IMG/VR virus record: IMGVR_UViG_3300050499_000085
DNA: 46,359 nt
Source: a virus
Strand: one strand, 5' to 3'
In this document: piece after piece, positions 22,303 through 31,492 of the stretch
Layout: the number at the start of each line of letters is the position of its first letter
Position numbering within the stretch: position 1 is the first letter of the stretch
The notes under the pieces: generated by a model
The model's input: only the letters and a program-made list of their open reading frames with translations
Database searches by the model: none
What the model was told of the DNA's origin: nothing
Position numbers and translations under genes: made by a program

Positions 22303-24308
22303 ATTTAGACCGCACCGAGCTTTTGCGGCGCATGTCGGAGGACCGCGCGCTCGCGCTGGACATGCTGTTTTCGGCCAAGCACGAGGACGCGACCCCGGCG
22401 ATCCACCTGAAGATCGTGCAGGCGTGGCGCTCGGCGCACGAGCGCGTGCTGATCGAGGGCTTTCGCGGCAGCGCCAAGACCACCAAGGCGCAGGAGTTCA
22501 TCGCGGTCGAAGCCTGTTACGCCAACTTCCCGTTCGGCCTGCTGTTTGGCGAGACGTGGGACAAGGCGTGTGAAAAGCTGGAGAACATCAAGTTCGCGCT
22601 CAAGACCAACCGCATGCTGATCGGCATGTTCGGCACCCTGCTGGGCAAGGGCGCGACCGACAAAGTGGACTCCATCGTGCTCACCAACGGGGTTCGCATC
22701 GACGCCTACGGCAAGGGCCAGTCGCCGCGCGGTCGCTTGCACCACGACGCGCGCCCGACCTTTGCCATGCTGGACGACATCGAGAACAAGCTGAACGGGG
22801 ATGTGGCCTCCAAGGAGGCGGTCGATACCACCGTGTCGTGGTTGTACGCCGAGGTGATCCCGGCGCTCGATCCCAAGCGCGGGCGCATCCGCGTGAACTG
22901 CACGCCGGAGGGTACCGACTGCCTGCCGGTACGCCTTCGCACAGACGACAGCTGGATGCGGTTGTACTTCCCGATCTGCTTGGGCGAGCCGGAGGACGAG
23001 GATGCGCAGCCGCTGTGGGAGTCGCGCTTCGGCCTGCCGTGGATTCGCAATCAAAAGGCGCTGTTCGAACGGCAGGGATTGTCGGACGACTTCGACCGTG
23101 AATATATGCTGCGGGCCCGCTCCAACGAACTCGCCGACTTCGATGAGCGCGACCTGCAGGAATGCCCGGCCCTGCCAACCGACCATCTGCCGGTGTGGGC
23201 GATGTACGATCCGGCGCGCACCAAGGATCGGAAATCCGACAACTACGGGCGGGTGGTTGCCGCCTTTCACGGCAACACGATCTACGTCGTGCTCTCGGGC
23301 GGCATGAACTGGAAGCCGTCCGACATGATCAACGACCTGTTCGATGTGAACGAGCAGTACCGGCCTATCGGCTTGGGGGTGGAGAGCGATTCGCTGGAGG
23401 ACTGGATGCGCGAGCCGATCCGCGCCGAGATGATCAAGCGCAACACCGTGCTGCCGCTGGTCGATCTGCGCGCGCCCAACGACAAGAGCAAGCACGACTT
23501 CATCCGGGGGGCGCTGCAGCCGTTTTGCCGGGCGCGGGCGATTGTGCTGGTGGGCGGGCGCGGCGCGCACCAGCAGCTGGTGGAGGAGATGCGCCGCTTT
23601 CCGTCGAAGAACGACAACGTGGTCAACGCGCTGGCTTATATTGTGAAGATGCGGCCCGGTGAGCCGGTGTACGGCGAGTTTTCCGATGCCAACGTGTCCG
23701 TCAACGCGCAGCCCCAGCGTTCCGGCGCGATCATGCTCGCCTTCAACCAGTCCAGCACCGAGGTCACTTGTGTGGCGGTGCAGCAGGTGGGGTTGGCGTT
23801 CTACCTGCTGCGCGAGTGGGTGGAGCCGGGGGCGGTGGCCGATGCGGTTCGCTCGATCTGGATGTCGGCGCAAGGCGAGCTTGGGCGTCATTCCTTGGTG
23901 GCCTACTCGCCTGCCGACGTGTTCGATGAGTGGACGCGGCTGGAATTGAACCGCCATCTGCGCGGACTGAACATACAGCCAGCACGCGGGGGCTACTATC
24001 AGGAAAGCCTCGCCTGCCTGAACGACAGCGTGCGCACCACGATCCGGGGCCAGCGGGCGTTGCTGGTTTCGCCCGAGTGCCGCTACTTGATCGCCGGGCT
24101 GATGGGCGGCTACGCCATCCCGATGAAAGCCGGGCGGCTGGCCGACGAGCCGGTCGAAGGGCTGCACCGCACGCTAGTCGCGGGCCTGGAATGCATGCTG
24201 TATCAGGTCATGCGCGGGCAGGGGGCTGCGGCCCAAGCCAACTACGCCAGCGTGGGCGGGCGCCAGTTCATGACGACCCGGCCCGACATTTACGCCCGTC
24301 CGCGCTAG
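22299..24308 (+). CDS. terL: Terminase large subunit, 669 aa
   Basis: Walker A-like GFRGSAKTT, Walker B-like FAMLDDIE. Size and position directly upstream of the portal. GTG 22299 chosen over the Ala/Gly-rich upstream extension. Confidence 0.85.
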   Translation: MNLDRTELLRRMSEDRALALDMLFSAKHEDATPAIHLKIVQAWRSAHERVLIEGFRGSAKTTKAQEFIAVEACYANFPFGLLFGETWDKACEKLENIKFALKTNRMLIGMFGTLLGKGATDKVDSIVLTNGVRIDAYGKGQSPRGRLHHDARPTFAMLDDIENKLNGDVASKEAVDTTVSWLYAEVIPALDPKRGRIRVNCTPEGTDCLPVRLRTDDSWMRLYFPICLGEPEDEDAQPLWESRFGLPWIRNQKALFERQGLSDDFDREYMLRARSNELADFDERDLQECPALPTDHLPVWAMYDPARTKDRKSDNYGRVVAAFHGNTIYVVLSGGMNWKPSDMINDLFDVNEQYRPIGLGVESDSLEDWMREPIRAEMIKRNTVLPLVDLRAPNDKSKHDFIRGALQPFCRARAIVLVGGRGAHQQLVEEMRRFPSKNDNVVNALAYIVKMRPGEPVYGEFSDANVSVNAQPQRSGAIMLAFNQSSTEVTCVAVQQVGLAFYLLREWVEPGAVADAVRSIWMSAQGELGRHSLVAYSPADVFDEWTRLELNRHLRGLNIQPARGGYYQESLACLNDSVRTTIRGQRALLVSPECRYLIAGLMGGYAIPMKAGRLADEPVEGLHRTLVAGLECMLYQVMRGQGAAAQANYASVGGRQFMTTRPDIYARPR

Positions 24309-24338
24309 TCTCCAAACCCAGACGGTCAAAGTGTCGCC

Positions 24339-24377
24339 TTTTTTTTCACTCTATATATATATAGGAAACGAATTTTT
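24339..24377. other. AT-rich island T8-CACTC-(TA)6-GGAAACGAA-T5 in an otherwise GC-rich genome
   Basis: Seen directly at 24339-24377, 30 nt after the terminase stop. Confidence 0.8.
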
Positions 24378-24600
24378 GTGCCCTCTCTGCAATCGGCCTA
24401 TTGAGCCGGATCAGCGGAGCTATCCGAGCGGGCCTTTCGAGCAGCGCGAACAGCGCACGCACGCCTACTGTTGGCACATGGCGCGCACGCAGGAATGGGG
24501 TAACAACGGCCTCAAGCGTTTGTTTGAAGCCGTCCCACGGTTGAGGAAGCGCCATAGAAGGAGTGTCGGAAAGTTGACACCCCGGCAGTCTGCGCTGTAA
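24376..24600 (+). CDS. Doubtful small CxxC protein, 74 aa
   Basis: TTG 24376 after AGGAAA. CPLCNRPIE...HAYCWH. Its 3' end contains the promoter-like motif, so coding status is uncertain. Confidence 0.3.
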   Translation: MCPLCNRPIEPDQRSYPSGPFEQREQRTHAYCWHMARTQEWGNNGLKRLFEAVPRLRKRHRRSVGKLTPRQSAL

Positions 24601-24603
24601 AAC
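24563..24603 (+). promoter_or_regulatory. Palindromic box GTGTCGGAAAGTTGACAC overlapping a promoter candidate TTGACA-N18-TAAAAC
   Basis: Box at 24563-24580. TTGACA at 24574-24579. TAAAAC at 24598-24603. 7-bp hairpin TGCGCTG/CAGCGCA at 24591-24609. Confidence 0.45.
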
Positions 24604-24644
24604 AGCGCAGCACTGCATCTCAAGCACTCAACCGGGGGAGTGTC

Positions 24645-24779
24645 ATGAAAGCCAAAGCCAAGCCGCAGACGAAGCCTGCGGGCAGCAGCGTCAAATATCC
24701 CAAGATCAAAATGGGCCCGAAGAATCCCGGCATGGTAGGGCTGGCCGGGACCATGCCGAAGAAGTCCAAGCGCCGCTAG
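24645..24779 (+). CDS. Small basic protein, 44 aa (MKAKAKPQTKPAGSSVKYPKIKMGPKNPG...)
   Basis: Not in the track. GGGGGAG RBS. Stop TAG at 24777-24779, 1 nt before the portal GTG. Confidence 0.45.
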   Translation: MKAKAKPQTKPAGSSVKYPKIKMGPKNPGMVGLAGTMPKKSKRR

Positions 24780-24780
24780 C

Positions 24781-26937
24781 GTGGCGTCGCGCAATCCGCC
24801 GCCGACCGATCCGGTCGAGGCGGACATCGAGAACTCGGTCGATCAGACCGAGCCTGCCAAGGGTTCCAAGAAGCCCAAGAACTTCGCACGCCGCAAAGAC
24901 GGCACCGCATTCACCGTGGCCGAGGCGCGCTGGAAGACGATCCGCCAAGCCTACGACAACGATGAGGAGTGGCGGCTGAAGATCGAGAGCAACTGGAACA
25001 TCTACAACTGCAGACTCGATGACAACCAATCGTACAGCGGCTTCTCGCAGGGCTACGTGCCGGTCGTGCGCGATTGCGTGGATGCACGCGGTCGCAAAAT
25101 CCTAAAGCAGCTGTTCCCGGTGCGGGGCCGCAATCTGGAGGGCGTGTCGTCCGACGGCATGACGCCCTACGCCACCATCTCGCTGCTGGAGTACTACATC
25201 CGCCAGTCGGGGCTGCGCACCACCTTGGAAGCAATGCTCACGCAGGGCGATGTCACCGGCCAGTGGCAGCTGTACGTGGATTGGTACGCCGAGAAAAAGC
25301 AGGTCACGCGCGTGGTGGAAAAGCAGGCGCAACTCGATGACGGCACGCCAAGCCCCGATGACACCTACGCCGATATCGAGGACCAGGAGTACACCGAGAA
25401 TTGCCCGGACATCTCGGTGGTGCCCACGCTCGATGTCGCTGTCATACCGCCGACGGTTGACGAGTTGCGCAAGGCCGAGATCGTGGTCATATGCCATCGG
25501 TATTCGGAGACTAAAGTCCAGTCGATGATCGACCGTGGCGTGTTCGTCAATGTGCGCTGCGACGAGTTGATGGAAGCCTTCGATCAGTACGGCGAGAATC
25601 CCGAGTCCATCGGCGTCAAGGTGCTGGAGCAGCTGGGCATCGATGTGGACGGCACCGACGTGCATGCGCGCGTGTACGAGGCGCACTTCAAGCTGACACT
25701 GGACGGCGAGCACCGCGAGCCTGCGGTGGTGTGGTATCGCCATGACGGCGTGCCTCTTGGCATCCTCGCCAATCCGTACTGGTGCAAGCGCCTGCCGCTG
25801 ATCAGCGTGCCGGTGAAAAAGCAGCCGGGCTCGTTCTGGGGGACGCCGGTCATCGAGCCGGTTCGCTCGCTGCAGTGGGACATCAACGACGTTCACAACA
25901 TCGGCAACGACGCGGCCAAGTACGCGCTCAACCCGGTCATCATGACCGATCCGCAGAAAAATCCGCAGTACCAGAATTTGATCATGACGATGGCGGCGGT
26001 GTGGCCGACCAGTCCGCAGGACACGCAGCCCTTGGCGCTGCCGCCGGTGTATCAGCACGCGCAACAGATCATCGAGTTTTTGAAGATGCAGGTGCGCCAA
26101 TCGATGAACGTGACCGAGTACGCGCTGGGCGCGATGCCGCAGGGGCGCAAGAACAACTCGCAGGTCGCCGCCGTGGGCCAGGAGCAGGAGATCGGCGCGA
26201 CCGACGTGGCCTCCGACGTGGAGGATCGCGTGTTGAATCCACTGGTGGAGTTGATCTTCGAACTGGACCAGCAGTACCGGGTGGACGAGTTGGACGTGCT
26301 CACGCGCGGGGAGGTCGGGCTGCAGGCGCACATGGAGCGGGTGAAGCCCCAGCAGTTCACCAAGAAGTATCAATTCAACTGGCTCGGCACCGACTTCACC
26401 AATTCGATTGCGCGCATCCAGCAGAAGATCGCGGCGATGAACGTGCTGCGCGGCGTGCCGCCCGAGGCGCTGAACGGCAAGCGCGTGGACATCACCCCGA
26501 TCATCGAGGACATGATCTCCACCGTGTTCGGCCCGCAGCTGGCGCCCAAGGTCATCATCGATGAGCGCGATCAGCTGTCGATGCCCGCCTCGGTCGAGGA
26601 CGAACTGCTCGCCAACGGTTTCTCGGTGGCGGTGCATCCGATGGACAACGACGTGGCGCACATGATGAGCCACATGGCGGGCGCGCAGGCCACCGGCGAC
26701 CCGGCGCGCACGTTCGCCAAGCACATCATGGATCACCAGAAACAAATGCAGCAAAAAGCGCAGATCGCGGGGCCCAGCCTCAACGGAACGCCCGGCGTGC
26801 CGGGGGGCACGGGCCCCGGCGTCGCTGGCACCCCGCGACCCGGCGCACAGGTCATGCCGTTGCGCAACGCCCAGCAGCCGCCCGGCGCCATTCATCAGGA
26901 TCAGATCGCATCCCCAGACGTTATGAGCAGAGGCTGA
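24781..26937 (+). CDS. Portal protein, 718 aa
   Basis: Size and position immediately after the large terminase and at the head of the structural operon. No motif-level confirmation possible by eye. Confidence 0.7.
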   Translation: MASRNPPPTDPVEADIENSVDQTEPAKGSKKPKNFARRKDGTAFTVAEARWKTIRQAYDNDEEWRLKIESNWNIYNCRLDDNQSYSGFSQGYVPVVRDCVDARGRKILKQLFPVRGRNLEGVSSDGMTPYATISLLEYYIRQSGLRTTLEAMLTQGDVTGQWQLYVDWYAEKKQVTRVVEKQAQLDDGTPSPDDTYADIEDQEYTENCPDISVVPTLDVAVIPPTVDELRKAEIVVICHRYSETKVQSMIDRGVFVNVRCDELMEAFDQYGENPESIGVKVLEQLGIDVDGTDVHARVYEAHFKLTLDGEHREPAVVWYRHDGVPLGILANPYWCKRLPLISVPVKKQPGSFWGTPVIEPVRSLQWDINDVHNIGNDAAKYALNPVIMTDPQKNPQYQNLIMTMAAVWPTSPQDTQPLALPPVYQHAQQIIEFLKMQVRQSMNVTEYALGAMPQGRKNNSQVAAVGQEQEIGATDVASDVEDRVLNPLVELIFELDQQYRVDELDVLTRGEVGLQAHMERVKPQQFTKKYQFNWLGTDFTNSIARIQQKIAAMNVLRGVPPEALNGKRVDITPIIEDMISTVFGPQLAPKVIIDERDQLSMPASVEDELLANGFSVAVHPMDNDVAHMMSHMAGAQATGDPARTFAKHIMDHQKQMQQKAQIAGPSLNGTPGVPGGTGPGVAGTPRPGAQVMPLRNAQQPPGAIHQDQIASPDVMSRG

Positions 26938-26938
26938 G

Positions 26939-27331
26939 ATGGATTCACCCGATGTAATCAAGGGACAGGTGCTCTACGGCACGGTCAAGCAGACCACCAC
27001 CGACTCGTCCAGCAGCACCAACGCGCTCACGGTTTGGGCCCCGGCCAGCGGCATGCAGATTCGCCTGTCGCACCTGTGGGTGGAGGTGCCCGGCCCTGCC
27101 GTGCTGGGAGCGGCGGGCACGCAGACCATCACCATCGCGACAACCAACTTCGTCGTCGCGGTGTTCTCCCCGCGCCTGTCGAATGCGGCGATTGCCGGAC
27201 TGTACGGTTTCTACGAGCGGCGCTGGGCGGGCGGGCTGCTGCTGCCGCGCGGGGAGACGCTGACGGTGAAGATGGGCACCGCGCTGACGGCGGGGCTGAT
27301 CAGCACGATGGTGTTCGGGCGCGAGGAATAG
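26939..27331 (+). CDS. Structural-module protein, 130 aa, paralog A
   Basis: MDSPDVIKGQVLYGT...GGLLLPRGETLTVKMGTALTAGL...VFGREE. Same length and same termini as the next gene. Confidence 0.7.
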   Translation: MDSPDVIKGQVLYGTVKQTTTDSSSSTNALTVWAPASGMQIRLSHLWVEVPGPAVLGAAGTQTITIATTNFVVAVFSPRLSNAAIAGLYGFYERRWAGGLLLPRGETLTVKMGTALTAGLISTMVFGREE

Positions 27332-27334
27332 CCG

Positions 27335-27727
27335 ATGGACTCGCTCGATGTCATCAAGGGCCAGCTGCTCTACGACACTTGGCGCAGCGCGAGCGTGGTT
27401 GCCGCCTCGGGCACGACCCAAGTCGCGGTGTGGACACCGGCGGCGGGCAAGGCAATCCGCATGGCGAGCTATTCGATGGAGGCGGGCGGCTCGACCATCA
27501 CCGGGGCCAACGCCACCGAGATCATCACCTTGCTGTGCGGGGGCATCACCATTGGCATTCATTGCCTGCGCCTGACGCCCAGCGCGGTCACCGGCATCTT
27601 GTCGAATTTCGTGCGCGAGTTCGAAGGCGGCATGCTGCTGCCCGCAGGCAGCGCGATCACCGTGCAGGTGGGCGTGGCCCTGACTGGCGGGGCGCTCACC
27701 GTGCAGGTCTTGGGGCGGGAGGAGTAA
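27335..27727 (+). CDS. Structural-module protein, 130 aa, paralog B
   Basis: MDSLDVIKGQLLYDT...GGMLLPAGSAITVQVGVALTGGA...VLGREE. Confidence 0.7.
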   Translation: MDSLDVIKGQLLYDTWRSASVVAASGTTQVAVWTPAAGKAIRMASYSMEAGGSTITGANATEIITLLCGGITIGIHCLRLTPSAVTGILSNFVREFEGGMLLPAGSAITVQVGVALTGGALTVQVLGREE

Positions 27728-27731
27728 GCAG

Positions 27732-30692
27732 ATGACGCGCCTGTTCGACAATGTACCCATCGAGGCCGCAACCGATCTGGAGTGGGACGGCCAAGGCCCC
27801 AACGTCGTTTCGCTCAACGGCATCCTGAACAACCTGCAGCGCCAGATTCTCGGCGGCGGCGGGGGCGGCGGCGGCGGGGGCGGGGGTGGCGGTGGCCTGC
27901 CCGACATGACCGGATTCGGCGAGGGCTGGGTTGCCACCATCAATCCAGGCACGCCCAACGTCGCGCAGTGGTCGCGCGGCTGGGTCACGCCCACCGACCT
28001 GACGGGCGACGGCGGGGTCACCAACAACCTCACGGGTTGCTTGGCGATCTGCACCGCGCTCAATGCGGGCCTGAACGTCGCGGTGCTCACGCCGGGGGTG
28101 TATCAGTACACCGGGCGCTGGAACAGCATCACCGGCAACGGCATGCTCTACTGCGCGCCGGGGGTCGTTTTCGAGGCCAACCAAGTCGGCGCCACCAGCA
28201 TCCCGATCTTCGGCGGGGCCAGCGTGTGGCAGGGCGGGGAATTTCGCAACCGCAAGTACCGCCACTACGACATCACGGCAGTGGCGGCGCTAGGCGATGG
28301 GTTCGGCGCGGTGCTCACGCTGGATGTGTCCGACGGCCCGCACGACTTCGCGGTCGGCGATCAGGTGCAAACGCCCTGGATCGTGGGCGCGAGCGGCGCG
28401 TCCTATGCCACCGGCGTTTCGCGCGTCGAAGCGGTCGATGCCAACGGCATCAACATCACCATCGCAGTTGTCGTTGGCGGAGTGCCACAGGCAGCGGTGC
28501 CCAACACCACGGTCACCTACCCGATCAACCCGCTCGATGGCAGCGGGCGCGCGGTGTTCCCGCAAATCTACCGCCAGCGCAACGTCAACCAGAGCGACAT
28601 TTTCGAGTTGCGCAACTGCTCGGCCAGGTTCTACGGCGTCAAGATGTATTGGGCCTCGGCGGTGTGCCTGTACGCGACCGACCAGTGGCATGACGGGGGC
28701 ATGTGGAACTGCGAGGTCTACGACTCCGGGGCCGACGGCATCCACATCATCAACGGCTACAACCTGTGGCTGCAGGGCAACTATATCCACAACACCGCCG
28801 ACGATGGCATCGCGCTGCTGTGCCACACCAGCAGCGCCACGCGCCCGCGCACGCGCAACGTCACCATCATCAGCAACCTGATCCACATCGGGCGCGCGCG
28901 CGGCATCGCGTTGAACGGCGCGGGTGCCTGCACCATCGCCTACAACGTGATCCGCGACATCTTGCTCGCGGGCTTGTACTTCTCGGCGGAGAGCGGCTTT
29001 TTCGGGGCACTGGACATCAACGTCCACGAGAACACGATCTGGACCTGCGGCAACGCAGGCGCAGCCTACACCGGCTGGCCCGCGACTGTGCAGGCGGCGG
29101 TCAACTTCGTGCCTGCCAGCACGACCTTGCGCAGCAAGATGGTGGCGCGTATCAAGTTCACCGGCTGCAACCGCATCTGGAACGCGCGCGGCGTGGGAAT
29201 GGCCGGGGTTACCACCGCCACCATGATCGGGGGCAGCATCGAGGAGTTGGACATCGAGGAGTCGGGCGGGGATGGCTGGGGCTCGTTCGCCTTTGCCGAC
29301 TTCTACGTGAACCGGCTGCGGGTCGTCCGTGCGGGCGGGCACGGCATGTTCATCCCGACGCAGGGCACGGGTCACAACACTTGGCAGCGCATCGACCTGT
29401 GGGACATCAACCGGGGCGCGCGCCGGTGGCTGCAGTCGTGCACCGTGTCGGCAGCCCAGGTGCTGACTTGCGTGCTGGAGCCCAACGTCGTCCACACGTT
29501 CGCGCCGGGCAATGTCGTGATCGTGGCGGGGGTCAGTTCGGATTTTCAGGGCGCCTTCGGCGCCACGGCGGACACCCAGGTCAACAACGACGAGCGCATC
29601 AACTCGTTTTCCGCCGACGGTTTTACGATGGCGGGCAACTACACGGTGGACACGGTGGTGGGGCAGACCGTGACCATGCTGCCCAACGTCTTCCTCACCG
29701 CCGCCACCACCCATGCGGGTGTCATCAAGCTGGATCAGCCCTGCCCGCAAGCCTACATCGCGCTGCAGTCGGGCGCCAGCGCCAGCAACGACGGCATCAA
29801 CTTCGATACTTCGGTGGCCTCCACCGCCTATCACACGATGAAGCAGGTCATCCTGCGCTCGTCCAACTACACGCTCAACAACTTCATCGAGCCCGCCGTC
29901 AACGCCGCCCCGCGCATCTCGATTGAAGACCCGGTCGATATGACGGGGCTTCGCGGCATCACGCAGTCGCCGCTGGTGACCACGCCCAAGCATCAATCGT
30001 GGACCAGCAACGCGATCACGGAGAGCACGGTGGGGGCGGTCACGCTGTTGGCGTCCTACTTCCTCAAGCAGTGCGGCCTGACGCGCAGCGGGCTCACCGC
30101 CAACACCAACGACACGCTGCCTACCGCCGCCCTTCTGATCTCGGAGTTGGGGCTGGCGGTGGGTCAGTCGGTCACGGTGCCGCTGGTGAACAACAGCGGC
30201 TATCTGTGGGGTCTGATTCCAGGGCTCAACGTCACGATGGCGGGGTTTACGTCCATCCCCGAGCGCATGGAGGTGGAGGCGCAGATTCGCCACACCACGG
30301 CGGGCAACATCACTTTCACGATGCTGCAAAAGCGCCGCGACCTGATGAAGCTCTCGGGGTTCAGGCGGGCCTACCAAGACTCCACCGATGCCAACGTCAC
30401 CATGAACACCGAGTTCATGGCGGGCCAGATTTATTGGCGCGACAACATGACGGCGGGGCGCAATACGCAACTGCCCACGGTAGCGAACCTGTACAACTCG
30501 GCCTACGGCCAGCCGGGCTCGGCCTACGTCTTCACGATCTGGAACACGACCGGGTTCAGCACCACCGTGACCAACGCCACCGATGCGAGTTGGACGCTGG
30601 TGGGCTCGATGGTGGTGGCAACCAATACGCAGGCCGACTTCTTCTTTGAGTTCCTGACCGCTACCACGGGCCGATGCACGCGGGCGCCGTAA
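27732..30692 (+). CDS. Tailspike / polysaccharide depolymerase, 986 aa: 40-aa N-terminal module, Gly15 linker, parallel beta-helix
   Basis: PbH1-type repeats, e.g. CEVYDSGADGIHIINGYNLWLQGNYIHNTADDGIALL...VTIISNLIHIGRARGIALNG...IAYNVIRD. Confidence 0.8.
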   Translation: MTRLFDNVPIEAATDLEWDGQGPNVVSLNGILNNLQRQILGGGGGGGGGGGGGGGLPDMTGFGEGWVATINPGTPNVAQWSRGWVTPTDLTGDGGVTNNLTGCLAICTALNAGLNVAVLTPGVYQYTGRWNSITGNGMLYCAPGVVFEANQVGATSIPIFGGASVWQGGEFRNRKYRHYDITAVAALGDGFGAVLTLDVSDGPHDFAVGDQVQTPWIVGASGASYATGVSRVEAVDANGINITIAVVVGGVPQAAVPNTTVTYPINPLDGSGRAVFPQIYRQRNVNQSDIFELRNCSARFYGVKMYWASAVCLYATDQWHDGGMWNCEVYDSGADGIHIINGYNLWLQGNYIHNTADDGIALLCHTSSATRPRTRNVTIISNLIHIGRARGIALNGAGACTIAYNVIRDILLAGLYFSAESGFFGALDINVHENTIWTCGNAGAAYTGWPATVQAAVNFVPASTTLRSKMVARIKFTGCNRIWNARGVGMAGVTTATMIGGSIEELDIEESGGDGWGSFAFADFYVNRLRVVRAGGHGMFIPTQGTGHNTWQRIDLWDINRGARRWLQSCTVSAAQVLTCVLEPNVVHTFAPGNVVIVAGVSSDFQGAFGATADTQVNNDERINSFSADGFTMAGNYTVDTVVGQTVTMLPNVFLTAATTHAGVIKLDQPCPQAYIALQSGASASNDGINFDTSVASTAYHTMKQVILRSSNYTLNNFIEPAVNAAPRISIEDPVDMTGLRGITQSPLVTTPKHQSWTSNAITESTVGAVTLLASYFLKQCGLTRSGLTANTNDTLPTAALLISELGLAVGQSVTVPLVNNSGYLWGLIPGLNVTMAGFTSIPERMEVEAQIRHTTAGNITFTMLQKRRDLMKLSGFRRAYQDSTDANVTMNTEFMAGQIYWRDNMTAGRNTQLPTVANLYNSAYGQPGSAYVFTIWNTTGFSTTVTNATDASWTLVGSMVVATNTQADFFFEFLTATTGRCTRAP
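27852..27896. repeat. GGN x 15 simple repeat encoding Gly15
   Basis: ggc ggc ggc ggg ggc ggc ggc ggc ggg ggc ggg ggt ggc ggt ggc, in frame (codons 41-55). Confidence 0.95.
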
Positions 30693-30693
30693 G

Positions 30694-30711
30694 GTGTCGG
30701 AAACTTGACAC
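30694..30711 (+). promoter_or_regulatory. Second copy of the palindromic box GTGTCGGAAACTTGACAC (17/18 identical to 24563-24580)
   Basis: Contains TTGACA at 30705-30710. Lies 49 nt upstream of ATG 30760. No good -10 hexamer seen. Confidence 0.45.
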
Positions 30712-30759
30712 TCAGGGTATTTGAGAGCAATTTTCGCGCAGCATAACCGGGGAGCGACT

Positions 30760-31488
30760 ATGCCAATTCTTCAGCCTTTTGGTCCGGGCAACCAGCAAAT
30801 GGCCGCTGGTGCCGTGCCCGACTTTTCCGCCATCAGCCAGCAGTTGAATGCGTGGTCGCAGTACGTCGGCGGGCCGTATGGCAACGCAGGCTACACGACC
30901 CAAGCCGGTGCGGCCTACACCAAGACGCCCGCGATGGAACTCGGCGGCATTCACGTCCACACCGGCGCCTCGGGTGCGGTGAACGTCACCATGTCCACCG
31001 CCGCCGATCTCTATGCCGCCTATCCGGGCGCGCAGCTGGGCTCGACGTGGACGCACCTGCACGTCAACCTGAACAGCGGCACGGATACGCTGGTCACCGC
31101 CAGCGGCATCACCCTGGCCGGGACCACCACGATCCTCACCACGGCAGCGCGCATGTATGTCGGGCGCTTCACCGCATGCCCGGTGCCGATCATCGGCATG
31201 TCATACAGCAGCGCCGTGGTCACCCTCACCACCTCGGCGCCGCACGGGCTGGCGGCAGCAGGCAGCGCGATCGTGGCGAACATGAGCAACAGCGCATTCA
31301 ACGGCACGTTTACGGTAGCGAGCGTGCCCAACGCCTATCAGCTGACGTATGCCTTGCCGGTGGCAACCGCATTTGCCACCGACAGCACGGTCCCCAACAT
31401 CACGGCGGCAAGGCCCGCGCTGCTCAACACCGCGCCGACCATCTCCTATCAGGGCGCGTTCTCGTGGCCCGCGATCATGGTGGCCTGA
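30760..31488 (+). CDS. Structural protein, 242 aa (Ala/Thr/Gly-rich beta protein)
   Basis: GGGGAG RBS before ATG 30760. Central segment resembles the next gene. Confidence 0.65.
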   Translation: MPILQPFGPGNQQMAAGAVPDFSAISQQLNAWSQYVGGPYGNAGYTTQAGAAYTKTPAMELGGIHVHTGASGAVNVTMSTAADLYAAYPGAQLGSTWTHLHVNLNSGTDTLVTASGITLAGTTTILTTAARMYVGRFTACPVPIIGMSYSSAVVTLTTSAPHGLAAAGSAIVANMSNSAFNGTFTVASVPNAYQLTYALPVATAFATDSTVPNITAARPALLNTAPTISYQGAFSWPAIMVA

Positions 31489-31492
31489 CGCC

